Origin: Clostridia bacterium
GTDB lineage: Bacteria; Bacillota; DTU086
Direction: 5' to 3'
Length of the DNA stretch: 57,062 nucleotides
NCBI GenBank assembly: GCA_012519005.1
Contig: JAAYRB010000015.1
Coordinates: 1 to 57,062, forward strand
Both the position numbers and the translations under genes were made by a program. Of this stretch, positions 10,519 to 18,835 are shown one piece after another. The notes below the pieces were generated by a model, which saw only the letters and a program-made list of their open reading frames with translations, was not told the DNA's origin and did no database searches. How positions within the stretch are numbered: the first letter of the stretch is position 1; the number at the start of each line of letters is the position of its first letter.

Positions 10519-12597
10519 TTAGGACATAATCTTTGACAAATCCCCTATAGATGACATCAGTGATGAAATGGCTTTTAATAATGCCAGTCTATTATTCCTA
10601 ATTTTCTCATCTTTAACCATGATCATCACATCATCAAAGAAATTATCAATAGGTCTGCTGAGATCCGCTATCCTTCGCAGTGCACCAAGATAGTCACCCG
10701 TTCTCAGCATTTCCTCGGTCAGCCCGTCAACCTCGATGAAGGAATTATATAATTCCTTTTCTGAATCCTCCACTAACAAATCTTTGCGTATCTCATCCCC
10801 CCTATAACCCTGGGATAAATTGGAGGCGCGGTTAAAACCGGTGAGAAGAACATTAAAACTCCGGTTCTTTTCAAATTCTTTCAGTGCCTTCACCCTTTTC
10901 CGAAGGTCAACCAAGTCACCCCATCCCACAGACATTGCCGCTTGAATAATATCATGTCTGTATCCCTCATCCTCTAGAACATTAACAACCCTTTGATGAA
11001 AAAACTCACTCAATGGTTTATTTACATCTTCCCAGGTCAACTCCAATTCAACATTATCAGAAAACTCCATGTAGGAGTGCTTCCACATATCTTCGAAGGA
11101 AAGGTTCTTGTTGAAATCTAATATCAATTTACAAAAGCCTAGGGCCTGCCTTCTCAGTGCGTAGGGGTCTTGAGAGCCCGTGGGCTGGATACCAAGAGAA
11201 AAACACCCTATAATATTATCCAATTTATCAACCATACTTAAAAGTTTCCCCACATCAGAGGCAGGCAGCTTATCTTCTGAGAAACGGGGCATATAATGCT
11301 CTTTTATTGCCCTACTGACACTCTCCCTTTCACCGCTGTGTCGAGCATAATAATAACCCATGAGACCCTGAAGCTCGGGGAACTCAATTACCATATTGGT
11401 TGTTAGATCAGCCTTGCAGAGATAGGCGGCACGTCGAGCATCTTCCATAAAAGCTCTGTCCATATCAAATGTTTCGGAAATAAAAGTGATCATGTTCTGT
11501 AAGCGTTGGCATTTGTCAAAAACGGAACCAAGACCCTCCTGAAAAACAACATTTTTAAGATGGTTGACCCTGCTTGAGAGACTGGACTTAAGGTCCTCAG
11601 AATAGAAAAAGTCCGCATCAGCCAATCTAGCCTGAAGCACCCTTTCATTCCCCTGGCGAACAATGCCCATGGGATCACCCATTCCATTCCTTACTGTGAT
11701 AAATTTTGGCAGCATTCTACCCTCGTCATTGTAAATGGGAAAGTACTTTTGATGCTCCCTCATAGAAGTTACTAAAACTTCCTCAGGCAGTTTTAGGTAC
11801 TCTTCATCGAAATCGCCGCAAATAGCGGTAGGGTATTCAAGAAGATAGTTCACCTCTTCCAGCAAATCTTTATCATCTTTTACAAGACCTTTATTTTTTG
11901 ATGCCAGTTCTTCAATTCCCTGCCAAACTAATTCTCTTCTTTTGTCCTGATCAACAATTACTTTCCTTGACTCTAAGATCTCTAGGTATCTACTGGCGTT
12001 GGTTACCTCAACTTCTTTATTTGCTAGAAAACGATGCCCCTTAGTGAGATTGCCTGCTTCCACTCCGGCATAGGTAAAATGGATGATTTCCGAATCGTAT
12101 ACACTGACAATCCATCTGATTGGCCGGACAAAACGGGTTTCTTTATCCCCCCAACGCATGGGCTTAGCAAACTCCAAAGATTTAATCAAATCCGGTAAAA
12201 TTCTTGGCAATACTTTTTCTACAGGCTCGCCCTTTTTTTTATGTATTGCATATACATAGGTGGTACCATCAATATCTACTGATTCCAGATCCTTTACATC
12301 AATGCCCTGCTTACGGGCAAACCCCAAAGCCGCCTTGGTAGGGTTACCGGAATCATCATAGGCGATTCTATGGGGGGGACCCTTAATTTCTTCTTGATAA
12401 TCCTTCTGGAATCCCTCAAGCCCTTTGACTTGCAACGCTAAACGCCGGGGGGTTCCATAGGTTTTGATACCCCTGTATGTTAACATTTCTATTTTAAACA
12501 ATTCCTTAGCTTTTATCCCCAATTCATTTAGTGTCGCCGGTATAAAACGTGCCGGCATTTCCTCTGTGCCTATTTCTAGCAAGTAATCCTTACTCAA
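10519..12597 (-). CDS. glyS: Glycine--tRNA ligase beta subunit
   Basis: A 692-aa ORF immediately downstream of glyQ. The N-terminus MSKDYLLEIGTEEMPARF is characteristic of GlyS. Confidence 0.95.
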   Translation of the reverse strand: MSKDYLLEIGTEEMPARFIPATLNELGIKAKELFKIEMLTYRGIKTYGTPRRLALQVKGLEGFQKDYQEEIKGPPHRIAYDDSGNPTKAALGFARKQGIDVKDLESVDIDGTTYVYAIHKKKGEPVEKVLPRILPDLIKSLEFAKPMRWGDKETRFVRPIRWIVSVYDSEIIHFTYAGVEAGNLTKGHRFLANKEVEVTNASRYLEILESRKVIVDQDKRRELVWQGIEELASKNKGLVKDDKDLLEEVNYLLEYPTAICGDFDEEYLKLPEEVLVTSMREHQKYFPIYNDEGRMLPKFITVRNGMGDPMGIVRQGNERVLQARLADADFFYSEDLKSSLSSRVNHLKNVVFQEGLGSVFDKCQRLQNMITFISETFDMDRAFMEDARRAAYLCKADLTTNMVIEFPELQGLMGYYYARHSGERESVSRAIKEHYMPRFSEDKLPASDVGKLLSMVDKLDNIIGCFSLGIQPTGSQDPYALRRQALGFCKLILDFNKNLSFEDMWKHSYMEFSDNVELELTWEDVNKPLSEFFHQRVVNVLEDEGYRHDIIQAAMSVGWGDLVDLRKRVKALKEFEKNRSFNVLLTGFNRASNLSQGYRGDEIRKDLLVEDSEKELYNSFIEVDGLTEEMLRTGDYLGALRRIADLSRPIDNFFDDVMIMVKDEKIRNNRLALLKAISSLMSSIGDLSKIMS

Positions 12598-12665
12598 TTT
12601 TTGAGCCTCCTTAGTACAATTCTAAATTAAATCACCCGGCCACTTTGCTTTCCTCTCAGCCGCGG

Positions 12666-13517
12666 TCATACTTGTTCTTCTTTTGTCTTTATGTAGTTTT
12701 TAGCGCATAGATGTGCAAGATGCCTGACCCTAGTTATATAGCTGGTCCTTTCCGTTACACTGATTGCACCCCGGGCCTCAAGAAGATTGAAAGTATGTGA
12801 ACATTTCAAACAATAATCATATGCCGGGTGCACAAGGCCTCTACCTGAGATATGTAAACATTCTTTTTCGTACATATTGAACAAATCGAAAAGCATATCC
12901 GTGGCAGCAGTCTCAAAATTGTAAATGGAGTATTCCACTTCAGTAAGGTGGTGAATATCACCATATGAAATTTTAGGTGCCCACTGAATGTCATAAACAC
13001 TTTCTTTTTTCTGTATTGAGCTGGCTATTCTTTCTAGACCATATGTGATTTCAGCCGACACTGGTTTGCAGTCAAATCCACCACATTGCTGAAAATAGGT
13101 AAATTGGGTTATTTCCATTCCATCCAGCCATACTTCCCAACCTAATCCCCACGCACCGAGGGTTGGAGATTCCCAGTTATCCTCTACAAAACGAATATCA
13201 TGCTCCTGTAAATTAATCCCGATTCTCTGTAAGCTCTGTAAATAAAGATCCTGCACACGGTCCGGGGAAGGTTTGAGTATAACCTGAAATTGATAATGCT
13301 GCTGAAGTCGGTTGGGATTATCCCCATACCTACCATCTGCAGGCCTTTTCGATGGCTCCACATATGCTGCATTCCAGGGTTCGGGACCCAAAACCCTTAG
13401 AAATGTTGCCGGATTCATCGTGCCAGCCCCAATCTCTATGTCATGGGGCTGCAGGATGACACATCCCTGTTCCGCCCAAAATTTACTCAACTCAAGGATT
13501 ATTTCTTGAAAATACAT
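12666..13517 (-). CDS. glyQ: Glycine--tRNA ligase alpha subunit
   Basis: A 283-aa ORF beginning [19 protein letters not shown], typical of GlyQ, and preceded by a T-box leader. Confidence 0.95.
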   Translation of the reverse strand: MYFQEIILELSKFWAEQGCVILQPHDIEIGAGTMNPATFLRVLGPEPWNAAYVEPSKRPADGRYGDNPNRLQQHYQFQVILKPSPDRVQDLYLQSLQRIGINLQEHDIRFVEDNWESPTLGAWGLGWEVWLDGMEITQFTYFQQCGGFDCKPVSAEITYGLERIASSIQKKESVYDIQWAPKISYGDIHHLTEVEYSIYNFETAATDMLFDLFNMYEKECLHISGRGLVHPAYDYCLKCSHTFNLLEARGAISVTERTSYITRVRHLAHLCAKNYIKTKEEQV

Positions 13518-13538
13518 TTTAACATGGCCTCACTTTCT

Positions 13539-13818
13539 AAAAAATAAAAACCTCTATCCCATTGTAGTACCAATTTCCATACTACAGGGACGAGAGGTTT
13601 CCCGCGGTTCCACCCTGTTTGATCATTTGTATTGATCCACTCAAAAACACAGGTTTTACTCACCATGCATGAATTGCAAGGTTTTCCTCCTGCGGCTCCG
13701 GGGTGCCTTCTTCGCCGTTTTCCTACCGGTTCCCAGCCTTTCCGGCTCTCTGTTAAGGATCCAGCAAATACTATTCCCCTTCATTAGCTGTTTCCTTATA
13801 TTAACTAAATATATGGAC
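13539..13818 (-). promoter_or_regulatory. T-box riboswitch leader, glycine specifier (GGC), with intrinsic terminator
   Basis: On the minus strand: stem I AGAGAG bulge, specifier context GAA-GGC-A, and T-box sequence AACAGGGTGGAACCGCGGG (13601-13619). The terminator stem is AACCTCTCGTCCCTGTAGTA / TACTACAATGGGATAGAGGTT, followed by TTTTTATTTTTT (13539-13550). Confidence 0.9.
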
Positions 13819-13824
13819 AAGTAC

Positions 13825-13853
13825 AAGATAGCAAACTGATCACAGGATGTCAA
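13825..13853 (-). promoter_or_regulatory. Sigma-A type promoter of the glyQS leader
   Basis: TTGACA (13853-13848), a 17-nt spacer, then TATCTT (13830-13825). Confidence 0.6.
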
Positions 13854-13872
13854 TAGACCCAAAGCAGCAACT

Positions 13873-14292
13873 TTAAAGCTCTAAGTGGTGATGCTCCGTT
13901 TCCCCATCCTTTTTTTCAACTTCCAAAGTGTAATCATTAAACATGGCCGCAACCGTTCCCAGACCCGCTAAAATTGCAAATTCAGCGCTGGCCAGCATTC
14001 CCAGGATTCCCAAAGCACCCAAAGTTGCCGGAATCTCTAAAACAACCTTATCCTCTTTCTTAACCTTTATTCTTGTCACGTTACCCTTTTTAAATATGGA
14101 TCTAATCTGGGATACCAGCCTATCTCTGCGATCCCTTATTCTGTTCTCGAAGTCACCATCGTGTTCCTCAAGGCTGACTATAGCTTGGACCACATCACCT
14201 TCAGCCGAATCAAGGGCTTTTTTTGCTTCTTTATACCCAATACCCAGCCTTTCACGGATTATATCTATTTTGTAGAGATACTCATCGGTCAA
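13873..14292 (-). CDS. Hypothetical protein with N-terminal UBA/EF-Ts-N-like domain and hydrophobic C-terminal half (DUF4342-like)
   Basis: The N-terminus IIRERLGIGYKEAKKALDSAEGDVVQAIVSL resembles the EF-Ts N-terminal/UBA fold. The C-terminal half has a Gly/Ala-rich hydrophobic segment (LGALGILGMLASAEFAILAGLGTVAAMF). A TTG start lies 8 nt after AAGGGGG. Confidence 0.65.
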   Translation of the reverse strand: MTDEYLYKIDIIRERLGIGYKEAKKALDSAEGDVVQAIVSLEEHDGDFENRIRDRRDRLVSQIRSIFKKGNVTRIKVKKEDKVVLEIPATLGALGILGMLASAEFAILAGLGTVAAMFNDYTLEVEKKDGETEHHHLEL

Positions 14293-14327
14293 ATTCTATA
14301 CCCCCTTCATAGGTCTTATCCCCAAAT

Positions 14328-15104
14328 TCATTGATTTTCATGCAATATTCTTATATCTTTTAAAAAACTTATTGATTTTAGCCTTCTTTCAAGAATATAT
14401 TGCCAGTAGGAATGCAGTATGTTTTCCATTTCCATATGGGCGTTGTGGGATATTTTCAACCTATCCAGTTTGCTAAGGTTATTTTCCGTTATAAGATGGT
14501 TCATAATGGCAAGAGTACCCTTGCTTACTTTTTGACCTTGGGCGGTACGCGCCGCACAACGAACGCAAACGACCCCGCCATCCATATTGCTAAATTTTAC
14601 CCCTTGTCCTAGGGGGCCTTGGCAAAGCACACAGGATAAAAGCCCTGGCTCATATCCTGCTAACTTCAACATTTTCAGATCGAAAAGACGAACTGCTAGA
14701 GTTCCGTATTCTCTTGATAACATATACATAACTACCAACATTAAATTAAACACCGGAGGGTTTACTTCTTCTTCCTGAAGCAGCCCCATGAGTATCTCCG
14801 CAATATAAGAAGCATAGGTTAGCTTCACCAGATCCTCTCTTAATATTGAAAATGGTTCTTTGGTTTCGCACTGGGTAACGGTGTAAAGACTCTTCCCCCT
14901 ATAAAGCATATAATCGCCAAAACTAAAAAGCTGCACCGTCCCCCTCATCCTGCTTTTTGGCTTTTTGACGCCCTTAGCAATAGCGCCGATTTTACCAGTG
15001 TTCCTCCCAAAGAGAGTAAGAATAACATCTGCTTCACCATACTTTATGCTTCGTAAGACAACAGCCTCGGTTTTAACTGATCTTCCCGTCCATCTCCCCT
15101 CCAA
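14328..15104 (-). CDS. recO: DNA repair protein RecO
   Basis: An OB-fold N-terminus (VKTEAVVLRSIKYGEADVILTLF) and a C4 zinc motif (CVLCQ...CVRC). Its position after yqzL/era matches Bacillus. The start codon (TTG 15104) is uncertain. Confidence 0.9.
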   Translation of the reverse strand: MEGRWTGRSVKTEAVVLRSIKYGEADVILTLFGRNTGKIGAIAKGVKKPKSRMRGTVQLFSFGDYMLYRGKSLYTVTQCETKEPFSILREDLVKLTYASYIAEILMGLLQEEEVNPPVFNLMLVVMYMLSREYGTLAVRLFDLKMLKLAGYEPGLLSCVLCQGPLGQGVKFSNMDGGVVCVRCAARTAQGQKVSKGTLAIMNHLITENNLSKLDRLKISHNAHMEMENILHSYWQYILERRLKSISFLKDIRILHENQ

Positions 15105-15113
15105 TCCCTGATG

Positions 15114-15257
15114 TTAAATTAAACCCTCATTCCCTATGTCCACACAATGATTTAGTTCACCTTTAATCTCCAAATTTCTATAATCTCTGTACAAAAGATA
15201 GGCCCCAAAGTAGCCGGTTTGTTTGAAAACCTTCCAAACAGCTTCACTAAGATTCAT
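15114..15257 (-). CDS. yqzL: YqzL-family small protein
   Basis: A 47-aa ORF (MNLSEAVWKVFKQTGYFGAYLLYRDY...) between era and recO, as in B. subtilis. ATG 15257 follows SD AAGGGTGGA. The longer 82-aa ORF in the track has no SD. Confidence 0.7.
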   Translation of the reverse strand: MNLSEAVWKVFKQTGYFGAYLLYRDYRNLEIKGELNHCVDIGNEGLI

Positions 15258-15395
15258 ATAATCCACCCTTCCATAGAATAGATACGTGGTAGGTATTATT
15301 AGGGTAACAACTTTCTTTAACCCTATACTGGATTTCTGTTTCCAACAATTCAATATTTTCAATGGATAAGAAATAATAGGTTGAAAACAATTATT

Positions 15396-15415
15396 GAATT
15401 TTTTTAAAAAAATTC
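15396..15415. repeat. Perfect 20-nt A/T palindrome GAATTTTTTTAAAAAAATTC
   Basis: Read directly from the era-yqzL spacer. The sequence is self-complementary across all 20 nt. Confidence 0.9.
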
Positions 15416-15479
15416 AGCTGTTTGTCCAAATTATCAATTCCATGATCAAATGTCAATGACCCATTAAAAAATCACTATT

Positions 15480-16379
15480 TTAATCCTTTGGAGAGTATCC
15501 CAGTTGGTTTAAAATACCATGGCGGTCACGCCAATCTTTTTTGAGCTTTACCCACAGATCAAGATAGATGTCAGTACCCAACAATTCCTCCATCTCATTT
15601 CTGGCCCTGATCCCTATCTCTTTTAGTTTCCTTCCACCTTTACCCACGATAATTCCCTTTTGAGAGTTCCTCTCAACAAATATCGTTGCAGAAATATAGA
15701 TCAAATCATTTTCCCTTTCCTCCATGGTTTCCACTTGAACAGCAGTTGAGTGGGGAATTTCATCTCTAGTAGCCTCGAGGATTTTTTCTCTTATAATTTC
15801 GGAGATAATAAACCATTCTGGTTTATCCGTTACCATGTCGTCAGGGTAATACTTTGGCCCTTCAGGAAGATAGTCGATGATCAGTCTCTGCAATACATCA
15901 ATATTGTCACCGGTCAAAGCTGATAAGGGAATTACTTCTGCAAAATCAAACTCCTCTATATAAAGATGAATCAGTTGCGCTATCTTACTCTTGGGTACCA
16001 AGTCAACTTTATTGATGATCAAGAATATTTTTGTTGGGATATTTTTAAGTAAATTAAGATTGTAATATTCCCCTGGTCCCACCTCCGCCGAAGCATCTAC
16101 TATATACAGAATCAAATCCACCCCACGGGTAGAGGCCATTGCAGAACCCACCATGTATTCCCCAAGTTTGGTCTTTGGCTTATGTATTCCCGGGGTATCT
16201 ATAAAGATCATTTGGGCATTATCTTTGGTGAGAACCCCGGTAATTCTATTTCTTGTTGTTTGAGATTTTTCTGAGGTGATAGCCACCTTGGTTCCCACAA
16301 GTTGATTAAGCAAAGTAGATTTCCCCACATTTGGCCTGCCAATAATACTTATAAAGCCAGAAAAGAAACCCTCACTCAT
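15480..16379 (-). CDS. era: GTPase Era
   Basis: G1 GRPNVGKSTL, G3 DTPG, G4 NKVD and a C-terminal KH domain. It overlaps the cdd stop by 8 nt. Confidence 0.96.
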   Translation of the reverse strand: MSEGFFSGFISIIGRPNVGKSTLLNQLVGTKVAITSEKSQTTRNRITGVLTKDNAQMIFIDTPGIHKPKTKLGEYMVGSAMASTRGVDLILYIVDASAEVGPGEYYNLNLLKNIPTKIFLIINKVDLVPKSKIAQLIHLYIEEFDFAEVIPLSALTGDNIDVLQRLIIDYLPEGPKYYPDDMVTDKPEWFIISEIIREKILEATRDEIPHSTAVQVETMEERENDLIYISATIFVERNSQKGIIVGKGGRKLKEIGIRARNEMEELLGTDIYLDLWVKLKKDWRDRHGILNQLGYSPKD

Positions 16380-16803
16380 ATCTCAATCGACCCCCATATT
16401 TAGAATGACCTTTGCAATCAGCAGGAAACTCGAAATTAAGGGGCAGCAGCTCCTTTATATTTGCGACCTGATACTCCTTTTTTCCGTTGGCCATAAAAAT
16501 CAGTATGTCATCCCCAAACTCAGCTATAACTTGTCTACATGCTCCGCATGGGTAGATATAATCGCTGCCGAGGGAAATTACAGCTACAGCCGTGAATTTT
16601 CTTTCCCCTTGGGAAATGGCTTTAAAAATGGCCGCCCTTTCAGCACATATGCTTAAACCCAGAGATGCATTCTCTACGTTACACCCCGTATAAATTTCCT
16701 CTTCGTCCGTATATAGGGCAGCCCCTACTTTTAAACCTGAATATGGAGCGTAGGCATTCATCATTGCCCTATATGCCGCGTCCACCAGTTTTGATATATC
16801 CAT
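16372..16803 (-). CDS. cdd: Cytidine deaminase
   Basis: Zinc-ligand motifs CAERAAI and PCGACRQ. SD TAGGGGGGAT lies upstream. Confidence 0.93.
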   Translation of the reverse strand: MDISKLVDAAYRAMMNAYAPYSGLKVGAALYTDEEEIYTGCNVENASLGLSICAERAAIFKAISQGERKFTAVAVISLGSDYIYPCGACRQVIAEFGDDILIFMANGKKEYQVANIKELLPLNFEFPADCKGHSKYGGRLRYE

Positions 16804-16848
16804 GCAGTTATTGTATCCCCCCTAATTATTCAGCAAGCACTATATAAA

Positions 16849-16875
16849 TTTTCGGGCCCCAGACAGGCCCGAAAA
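16849..16875 (-). terminator. GC-rich hairpin between the DUF881 gene and cdd (possible attenuator/terminator)
   Basis: A perfect 10-bp stem, TTTTCGGGCC / GGCCCGAAAA, with a 7-nt loop. A/T runs on both flanks give it a bidirectional-terminator shape. Confidence 0.5.
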
Positions 16876-16883
16876 AACAAGGG

Positions 16884-17942
16884 TCATTTGTCACTTTTCT
16901 CTTTTAGTGGTGGCAGGGATATATTTTCTTCCTCTGAAATATCAACCCGAATCCCAAACTCCATCAACTGGGATTTAATCAAATCAAGGCTGCTGGCCAG
17001 TATTTTTGGATCACCCACCGCCTTAATAACTATGGGATTAACTGCAATGGGTTGTTGGTTTACTAAAATAACCGGACCTGCACATCTAACAGATGAGTTC
17101 GCCACAATACGATTATCACCTATAGATACCCCCGCCGCACCCGCCGCTAAGAGCTCGTTGACCACATCCCTTACATCCCTATCATGCACTATATCTATAT
17201 CGCTAAAACCTTCTTCCGAATCAAACAGCTTTACAGTAATTCCTCCCCCGGTAAGTTCCGTCAAACCCGCAAAAGTTCTGATTTCTTTTAACTCAGAACG
17301 TAGACCATTTACCTCTGTCTCATACATTTTTATCCGATCAATCAAGGTTCGTGCAGTAACCAGTTCGCTTTTCCCATTATCAACCCTTACCTCTATGGGG
17401 GACCAAGTCCCCTTTCTCAGCACCTTATTTTGCTTAAGCAAGTTTACGGTTTTCTCGGATAGAAGATTCGCCCCATCCTCAATCTCCACGCCGCTGGTTT
17501 CCTTTTTACTTATTGTAATGAGGGACTCCCCCTCATAGTACTTAACACCTTGATCCTTATTGATAATGTTGAGAATAATCTCACTTCTTTTTTTATCCAG
17601 TTCCCTGTCAATTACCTCACGTAAATTTTCACCATGGATACTTTGTACCTCAAAAATCCCCTCAAGGGTTTTAGCCTTCTCAAGTTCAAACTTCATTTGC
17701 GCTAAAGCATCTCTGACTGAAGAACTTCCCAACACATTGGCTTCGGCGGCCCTTTGCTCATAAAAATCCACTTTCATCTCCGCCGCCTGTCTGGCCACCT
17801 CGGTTTTTCCCATCTCACCGGGAAAATGAATATATCCAACGGTTCTCGCAAGCATTATGGAATTAAATAATAACACAATAATAATCATTATTATTGCGGC
17901 GGGTAGTATTTTATTAAAGGTCGTTTCATATTTCCTGAGCAC
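16884..17942 (-). CDS. DUF881-family membrane protein with extended N-terminal region
   Basis: The C-terminal third (GGGITVKLFD...IVHDRDVRDVVNELLAAGAAGVSIGDNRIVANSSVRCAGPVILVNQQPI...VIKAVGDPKIL) matches the DUF881 pattern. It has an N-terminal TM helix. A GTG start follows AGGAAGAG. Confidence 0.75.
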   Translation of the reverse strand: MLRKYETTFNKILPAAIIMIIIVLLFNSIMLARTVGYIHFPGEMGKTEVARQAAEMKVDFYEQRAAEANVLGSSSVRDALAQMKFELEKAKTLEGIFEVQSIHGENLREVIDRELDKKRSEIILNIINKDQGVKYYEGESLITISKKETSGVEIEDGANLLSEKTVNLLKQNKVLRKGTWSPIEVRVDNGKSELVTARTLIDRIKMYETEVNGLRSELKEIRTFAGLTELTGGGITVKLFDSEEGFSDIDIVHDRDVRDVVNELLAAGAAGVSIGDNRIVANSSVRCAGPVILVNQQPIAVNPIVIKAVGDPKILASSLDLIKSQLMEFGIRVDISEEENISLPPLKEKSDK

Positions 17943-17972
17943 CTTTAATCTCTTCCTCTCACCTTGACATTT

Positions 17973-18359
17973 TTAAAATATTTTACTTAACGCCATCAAT
18001 AATGGTTTGATAAAAACCAAACCCCCCACAATCACCGCGTTGATAGAAGCAATCAGGACCGCCCCAGCAGCAACATTTTTTGCTATTTTCGCCAATGGGT
18101 GGTAAGTGCTCATAAACAAGTCAACTGTTTTTTCAATGGCCGTATTAACAGTTTCCGCGAATAGAACAAAGGATATAGCAAAAATAACCTGTGCCGTCCC
18201 TTGGAGATCTATTTTAAGAAGCCAGCAAAGTAACATAGCCGCAATTCCCAAGGAAAGGTGGACCTTCATATTTCGTTGGGTTTTGAATGTGTACTTCAGC
18301 CCATCCCAAGAATTATGCAAACTATCATATAATGTTTTATTCTTCATGATTATACTCAC
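17973..18359 (-). CDS. dgkA: Diacylglycerol/undecaprenol kinase DgkA
   Basis: A 128-aa three-TM protein in the conserved slot between ybeY and cdd. It overlaps the ybeY stop by 4 nt. Confidence 0.85.
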   Translation of the reverse strand: MSIIMKNKTLYDSLHNSWDGLKYTFKTQRNMKVHLSLGIAAMLLCWLLKIDLQGTAQVIFAISFVLFAETVNTAIEKTVDLFMSTYHPLAKIAKNVAAGAVLIASINAVIVGGLVFIKPLLMALSKIF

Positions 18360-18835
18360 CTGTTCAGACCCGCTATTTTTAAAGCTTTCCTCTGCTTCTC
18401 TCTCATAAGCCCTTCAGTATCACTGTCTTTATGATCATACCCCAAAATATGAAGCATACCATGAGTAACAAGGAAACCAATCTCTCTGTCAACCCCATGA
18501 TCATATTCCTTGGCTTGCCTTGAGGCAGTTTCCAAGGAAATAATAATATCTCCTAGGATTAAGGGCTGTTTGTCTGCTGATTGCCATATTACGGCAGGCT
18601 CCCCCCCTTGGGGTTGAGAAAGGGGAAAAGAAAGGACATCCGTGGCTCGATCCACTCCCCTATAATCATGGTTAAGAATTCTGATACCTTCATCATCCAT
18701 GAAGGTAACAGCTACCTCACTATTATCCGGTACATTCTCCAGATGGCTGACAGCAAGGACACATTTTCTGATCAATTCCTCACATCCATGGGGTAGATCA
18801 ATCTTCTGCTGGCTGTTGTTTATCGTTATTTCCAA
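18356..18835 (-). CDS. ybeY: Endoribonuclease YbeY (rRNA maturation)
   Basis: Zinc motif HGMLHILGYDH. TTG 18835 lies 8 nt after AAGGGAG and is preferred over the ORF-track start at 18853. Confidence 0.92.
   Translation of the reverse strand: MEITINNSQQKIDLPHGCEELIRKCVLAVSHLENVPDNSEVAVTFMDDEGIRILNHDYRGVDRATDVLSFPLSQPQGGEPAVIWQSADKQPLILGDIIISLETASRQAKEYDHGVDREIGFLVTHGMLHILGYDHKDSDTEGLMREKQRKALKIAGLNR

Noticed and set aside
13656-13862. A 68-aa minus-strand ORF upstream of glyQ.
   Set aside because: It lies entirely within the glycine T-box leader (stem I and specifier region) and has no SD. It is a by-product of the structured RNA.
15258-15362. A 35-codon extension of the yqzL ORF (82-aa version).
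   Set aside because: The extension has no SD and is not conserved-looking. The internal ATG 15257 has AAGGGTGGA upstream and gives a YqzL-sized product.
16888-17538. A 216-aa plus-strand ORF antisense to the DUF881 gene.
   Set aside because: It is a Ser/Pro/Thr-rich shadow frame of a well-supported minus-strand gene, with no SD.
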